A stretch of DNA of 45,100 nucleotides, taken from Christensenellaceae bacterium. Its GTDB lineage: Bacteria; Bacillota; Clostridia; Christensenellales; Borkfalkiaceae. Both the position numbers and the translations under genes were made by a program. Location: NCBI GenBank assembly GCA_948482865.1, contig CAOMHR010000001.1, forward strand, positions 1-45,100, written 5' to 3'. Below, piece by piece: positions 41,478 through 45,100 of the stretch. Every line of letters begins with the position of its first letter. Within the stretch, counting starts at the first letter, position 1. The notes beneath the pieces are model-generated. The model did not search any database. It was not told the DNA's origin and was given only the letters and a program-made list of their open reading frames with translations.

Positions 41478-41678
41478 CTAAATTAAGTCTGCAATGCTAC
41501 ACTCTAACGCATCGGCTAATTTGTCGAGCGTTTTCTTTTTAGGAAAACTAACACCCAACTCACACATTGAAAGTGCATTTTGAGAAACGCCTATCTTCTT
41601 TGCAAGTTCTCCTTGAGTAAGTCCTTTCTCTACTCTTTTAAGTTTTAACTTCATCATAGGCTCATATTTTCTTTGCAC
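41478..41678 (-). CDS. cro: Cro-like XRE-family HTH regulator (66 aa)
   Basis: ORF track. KGLTQGELAKKIGVSQNALSMCELGVSFPKKKTLDKLADAL. GTG start with AGGAG 8 nt upstream. Divergent from the cI-like gene. Confidence 0.7.
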   Translation of the reverse strand: MQRKYEPMMKLKLKRVEKGLTQGELAKKIGVSQNALSMCELGVSFPKKKTLDKLADALECSIADLI

Positions 41679-41747
41679 AATTTTATCTCCTTTGCCCTAT
41701 GGGGCTTTTTTTGTTGTTAAACTCCTTTATTGGAGTTTTATGGTTTG

Positions 41748-41776
41748 ATTATAACTCCAAGTTTGGCGTTTGTCAA
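41748..41776 (-). promoter_or_regulatory. Early lytic promoter (PR-like), consensus TTGACA-N17-TATAAT
   Basis: Minus strand: TTGACA (41776-41771), 17-nt spacer, TATAAT (41753-41748). The -35 lies inside the 21-mer 41770-41790. Confidence 0.6.
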
Positions 41777-41795
41777 CTATTTTTTGCAAATTGTA

Positions 41796-41823
41796 TTGCA
41801 ATTTTTGGAGTTTTTTTTATAAT
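41796..41823 (+). promoter_or_regulatory. Repressor promoter (PRM-like) TTGCAA-N16-TATAAT
   Basis: TTGCAA 41796-41801 (inside the palindrome ATTGCAAT 41795-41802) and TATAAT 41818-41823. Back-to-back with the PR-like promoter. Confidence 0.5.
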
Positions 41824-41858
41824 TAAAGCAAGTTGTTAAGCAAAATAAGGAGTTTATT

Positions 41859-42446
41859 GTGGATATAGAAAAATTAAATGAAGAGAGAAAGAAACGAGGT
41901 CTTTCAATTGATGCATTATCAAACCTTGCAGGATTACCCAAAAGTACAATAGAAAAAATACTTTTTGGAATTGTCAAAAATCCACGCCTTGACACCGTAG
42001 AAGCAATTGAACGCGCACTTGGCATAAATGAAAAAAGCCCCGCCGCTCGGCAGGGGAAGTGGATAAATGTATATGGAAATATTGCGGCGGGTATTCCCAT
42101 TGAAGCAATCGAAGATATAATCGACCAAGAAGAAATTACTGCCGAGATGGCTGAAACAGGCGAATACATTGCTTTAAAAGTTAAGGGGAGTTCTATGGAG
42201 CCGCGCATTATGAACGGCGACGTAGTTATTATTAAGTTACAGAAGACGATTGAAAACGGTGAAATTGCCGCTGTTCTTGTAAACGGCAACGACGTAACTT
42301 TGAAGCAGATAAAAAAGGAAGATAACGGACTGTGGCTTATCCCCTTTAACTCGGCTTTCCAACACTTGTTCTATTCCAAAAAAGAATGTGCCGAGCTTCC
42401 TGTTCGGATACTCGGCAAAATGGTTGAACTAAGGGCAAAGTTTTAA
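41859..42446 (+). CDS. cI: CI/LexA-like phage repressor (XRE HTH plus S24 peptidase domain)
   Basis: ORF track, 195 aa. N-terminal HTH LSIDALSNLAGLPKSTIEKILFG. C-terminal S24 motifs VKGSSMEPRIMNGDVVII and the conserved Lys region VTLKQIKK. AAGGAG lies 6 nt before the GTG. Confidence 0.85.
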   Translation: MDIEKLNEERKKRGLSIDALSNLAGLPKSTIEKILFGIVKNPRLDTVEAIERALGINEKSPAARQGKWINVYGNIAAGIPIEAIEDIIDQEEITAEMAETGEYIALKVKGSSMEPRIMNGDVVIIKLQKTIENGEIAAVLVNGNDVTLKQIKKEDNGLWLIPFNSAFQHLFYSKKECAELPVRILGKMVELRAKF

Positions 42447-42470
42447 TTAATATTTCACTAAGGAGAAAAT

Positions 42471-43742
42471 ATGGGTAGGCGAAGTTTTATTTCAGTAACA
42501 GCCATTAACCGTCTTATTTCAGCATCAAGGCGGCGTGACGCAGAACAGCGCAGACTGGATTTAATAAATAGCCAAAAAAGTAACGTAAAAGAACTGAACC
42601 CACAGTTCTTTTTAAAGAGTGTAGATTTCAACGAAAACACTCGCGTAACTAAAATTGAGATAGAACAACAACAAAATTATCGCACAATAGAAAGATACGT
42701 AACCCAAAATTATGTACGCTATCCTATTTATTCCGGTTGGAAACTTCGGACAAAAACAATCAACAAAACAATAAAACTTAATAATGCACAACTTGAAAAT
42801 TTGAACAAAAACGAAGATAAAATAATTGCACTGCTTTCCGACCAAATAGTTTTAGCACTAAATAATAAAGCGCTTCACCCTTCTTGGTTTATACAAAAAT
42901 ATTTAACCGAAGAATATGGTGAAGACATTAAATATTTTGAAAGTCAGAAAAAAGCGTTTTATGCCAATACTATAGAAAAACAAAATAAAAACAAAAAAAT
43001 TATAGACCAAAATAAAATCAATATTGAAAATATTTCCATTAATCTCAAACAAAAGAAAGAGAAATTAGCTAAATTAAATTTAAAAATACAAAAAATTGAA
43101 AATGCAAAAAAATCTGTAATTTTAAGTATTATTACTTTTTTTATTTATAGTTACTATAAATCAAATCGACGCAAGAAAAAGTTAGTAATTAAACAAAATG
43201 AGTTGCAGACTTGTATTGGTAAACTTACTAAATCAATTTTGGATAAACAAGAAAGCATTAACAGTTTAAAGCAAGAAAATCAAAACTTGGAACAAACCTA
43301 TTTAAGAAAAAAAGCAGATATAGAAATTCTTAAAGAAGAAAAAACACGACAATTTCGCTCTAATTCAAATAAAATAAAACCTTTGCCAACTAATTACTCA
43401 AAAAATAACAATTTCACCCCATTAAATGTTTTATGCGGTTTAGATTATGAAAAAATTGTCGGTTGCTATATTGTTCACAACAAAGTAAATGATAAATATT
43501 ATATAGGGCAATCAAAAGATGTAATAAAGCGTTTACGCCAACATTTCAAAGGTACTGTGCCAAATAATATTATTTTTGCAGAAGACTATTTTGCTACACT
43601 ACCTGAAAATAGAGAAAACCTTTTTGAAATAAAAATAATTCCTTGCGAGACTAAGGATGAACTTGACCGCACCGAAAAACAATTAATAGAAAATTATGAT
43701 ACTTTCAATTCAGGTTATAACGGAACTAATGGAAACACATAA
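42471..43742 (+). CDS. Coiled-coil / single-TM protein with C-terminal GIY-YIG nuclease domain (423 aa), in the lysogeny operon
   Basis: ORF track. AAGGAG lies 5 nt before the ATG, only 24 nt after the cI stop. Central hydrophobic VILSIITFFIYSYY flanked by Lys/Arg. C-terminal GCYIVHNKVNDKYYIGQSKDVIKRLRQH...TEKQLIENY...GYNGTNGN (GIY..YIG..R..H..E..N). Confidence 0.7.
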   Translation: MGRRSFISVTAINRLISASRRRDAEQRRLDLINSQKSNVKELNPQFFLKSVDFNENTRVTKIEIEQQQNYRTIERYVTQNYVRYPIYSGWKLRTKTINKTIKLNNAQLENLNKNEDKIIALLSDQIVLALNNKALHPSWFIQKYLTEEYGEDIKYFESQKKAFYANTIEKQNKNKKIIDQNKINIENISINLKQKKEKLAKLNLKIQKIENAKKSVILSIITFFIYSYYKSNRRKKKLVIKQNELQTCIGKLTKSILDKQESINSLKQENQNLEQTYLRKKADIEILKEEKTRQFRSNSNKIKPLPTNYSKNNNFTPLNVLCGLDYEKIVGCYIVHNKVNDKYYIGQSKDVIKRLRQHFKGTVPNNIIFAEDYFATLPENRENLFEIKIIPCETKDELDRTEKQLIENYDTFNSGYNGTNGNT

Positions 43743-43830
43743 ATGCCCAGTTATTCTATAAAGAAAACAAAAGGCAACACCACAGTTGATGTGTGGTTTA
43801 GATAAAAATTGGAAAGATAAATAAATTATT

Positions 43831-44865
43831 ATGAAAAACGGAATTAAAAATCGCGGAAACGGTCAAGGCTGCGCCATTCGCGTCAGAGCGAACAGCTACA
43901 AGGCTATTGCCGTTATCGGGTACCGCGATAAAGAATGTACAAAACCAATAAGACGAACGAAAAGCGGATTTACTACAAAAGCGGAAGCCCTTGCCTATAT
44001 CCCTATTCTTAAACACGAAAAGCCCAGGAACGAAAAAGCGACACTTGATTCACTGTATGAGCCGTGGGCAGAATCTGCTATGCTTAAGCTCTCAGAAAAC
44101 CAGCAGAACAGAATGAAGATTGCAAAAAAACGTCTCGAAGATATCTGGTACATTGACATAAAGCAATTAACGATTGAAGATTTACAAGCCATTGTCGATA
44201 AACAAACAAGCACATTCTATCCGGCGAAAGATATGAAAACTTTACTGTCGCACCTGTATGAAAGAGCGTGCGCTCAACAGTATGTTTTGACAAACCTTTC
44301 AAAATACATAGAATTGCCGCAGCTCGAAGAAACCGAGCAGATTCCTTTCAATTCAGATGAAATAAAATCGTTTTGGGAAGATTACAGTAGTGGCAACTTA
44401 TTCACTGGATACATACTTCTTATGATTTACAGCGGCATGATGCCCGGTGAACTTTTTAAATGCAGAACAGATATGGTTGACTGGGAAAATCAAACGATTT
44501 TAGGTAGCGGACTAAAAACAAAAAAACGCCGCACTTCTCCCATTGTTATTGCTGATGTTATTTTGCCTGTTCTTGAACAATTATTATCTTCTTCTCCTGA
44601 CACACGTCTTCTTCCTTACAGCAAGCGAACATTTTATAAATTGTATTATGACACAATTAAAAGATGCGAAGTACGAGAATTAACCCCCTACTCCTGTCGC
44701 CACACCACTGCCACCGTCCTGGCAGATATTGAAAATAATATTACTGTTATTAAAGAAATTATGCGTCATAGCAAATTCTCCACTACCCAGCGTTACATTC
44801 ATAAAAATACTGCGCCTATGTTGAAAGCCGTTAATAAAATAGGAATGAACGAAGAAGATTTATAA
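43831..44865 (+). CDS. int: Tyrosine-recombinase phage integrase (box-I arginine possibly substituted)
   Basis: ORF track, 344 aa. Box II ...YSCRHTTATVLAD...IMRHSKFSTTQRYIH with the catalytic Tyr. Box I reads YSGMMPGEL where G(M/L)RxGE is expected. Confidence 0.85.
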   Translation: MKNGIKNRGNGQGCAIRVRANSYKAIAVIGYRDKECTKPIRRTKSGFTTKAEALAYIPILKHEKPRNEKATLDSLYEPWAESAMLKLSENQQNRMKIAKKRLEDIWYIDIKQLTIEDLQAIVDKQTSTFYPAKDMKTLLSHLYERACAQQYVLTNLSKYIELPQLEETEQIPFNSDEIKSFWEDYSSGNLFTGYILLMIYSGMMPGELFKCRTDMVDWENQTILGSGLKTKKRRTSPIVIADVILPVLEQLLSSSPDTRLLPYSKRTFYKLYYDTIKRCEVRELTPYSCRHTTATVLADIENNITVIKEIMRHSKFSTTQRYIHKNTAPMLKAVNKIGMNEEDL

Positions 44866-44882
44866 CTTTGTAACCGTATAAA

Positions 44883-44943
44883 TATGCCGTTTTTACACAA
44901 GAACGTAAAATAGATTTATTTCTATTGATACCTTATTGATACC
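44883..44943 (+). promoter_or_regulatory. Putative integrase arm-type binding sites, right (int-proximal) arm
   Basis: TATGCCGTTTTT 44883-44894; ATTGATACC at 44924-44932 and 44935-44943. Mirrors 11584-11681 in the same orientation. Confidence 0.45.
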
Positions 44944-45045
44944 AAACAAAAGTTTGATATTCTGAAAAAATAAAAAAACAGGCAATTTTTTAGCTATTTT
45001 GCTTCAAAACCGCCCATTTTTTACACATATTTAAACACTTGTTTG

Positions 45046-45100
45046 TCCCCTGCTAAGGGAGTAGTACGGGAAACCGTAGCAAGGGTTCAAATCCCTTCTT
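45046..45100 (+). repeat. attR core: displaced 3' half of tRNA-Ser (from the anticodon loop onward), truncated by the window end
   Basis: Identical to 11477-11531. The upstream sequence (..AACACTTGTTTG) does not match the tRNA 5' half. Confidence 0.9.

Larger units (their letters stand above)
11477..45100. mobile_element. Integrated temperate phage (prophage) bounded by attL/attR duplication of the tRNA-Ser 3' half
   Basis: Direct repeat 11477-11531 = 45046-45100. The region in between holds a tyrosine integrase, a cI/cro switch, replication/recombination genes, terminase, portal, capsid and tail genes. Confidence 0.9.

Noticed and set aside
41777-42289. 170-aa minus-strand ORF antisense to the repressor gene
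   Set aside because: The plus-strand frame encodes unmistakable HTH and S24 peptidase (GSSMEP) motifs. The antisense product is Ser/Ile/Phe-rich shadow sequence.

Overview
The window has two parts. (1) About 11.4 kb of chromosomal DNA from what looks like a Clostridia-type Firmicute (inference from gene content and SD/promoter style). It carries the 5' 4.65 kb of a giant secreted S8 subtilisin-like peptidase with BspA-type LRRs (it runs off the left edge and is absent from the ORF track), a 1513-aa GLUG-repeat lipoprotein, a YitT-family membrane protein, an SGNH/GDSL hydrolase and a tRNA-Ser(GCU). (2) A prophage of about 33.6 kb integrated into the 3' half of that tRNA. attL core is 11477-11531 and attR core is 45046-45100; the direct repeat is at least 55 bp and is cut by the window edge. 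The prophage reads right to left on the minus strand. The lysogeny module is int, a coiled-coil/GIY-YIG gene, and a cI-like repressor divergent from cro. The early/replication genes are XRE and Xis-like HTH proteins, ERF, a DUF4373-like protein, VRR-NUC, a PAPS-reductase-like protein, SSB and a C5-MTase-like protein. Next come a RinA/ArpU-like late activator, terS/terL, portal, MuF, scaffold, capsid, connectors, tail genes and three membrane proteins next to attL. The best candidates for something undescribed are these. (a) A sharply AT-rich island (about 18.86-22.46 kb) sits in the middle of the tail module. It has its own promoters, operator-like palindromes and terminators. It encodes a leaderless 4-TM/coiled-coil protein convergent with a translationally coupled three-gene operon (239/209/184 aa) in which I recognise no domains. 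Its promoter region shares an exact 21-mer with the cro early promoter. (b) A 423-aa coiled-coil/TM protein with a C-terminal GIY-YIG nuclease domain lies 24 nt downstream of cI, the position rexAB occupies in lambda. (c) A promoter-plus-terminator-bounded structured RNA of about 75 nt is encoded antisense in a gap of the head operon. (d) A consensus-promoter small gene (42-aa basic peptide) is convergent with cro and antisense to the early transcript. Several features hint at decay or unusual regulation. Canonical intrinsic terminators lie in-line in the late operon. One in-frame TAG splits a coherent membrane protein. The integrase box-I arginine may be substituted. I recognise no endolysin or tape-measure gene. 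All domain calls are by-eye motif recognition and no searches were run.
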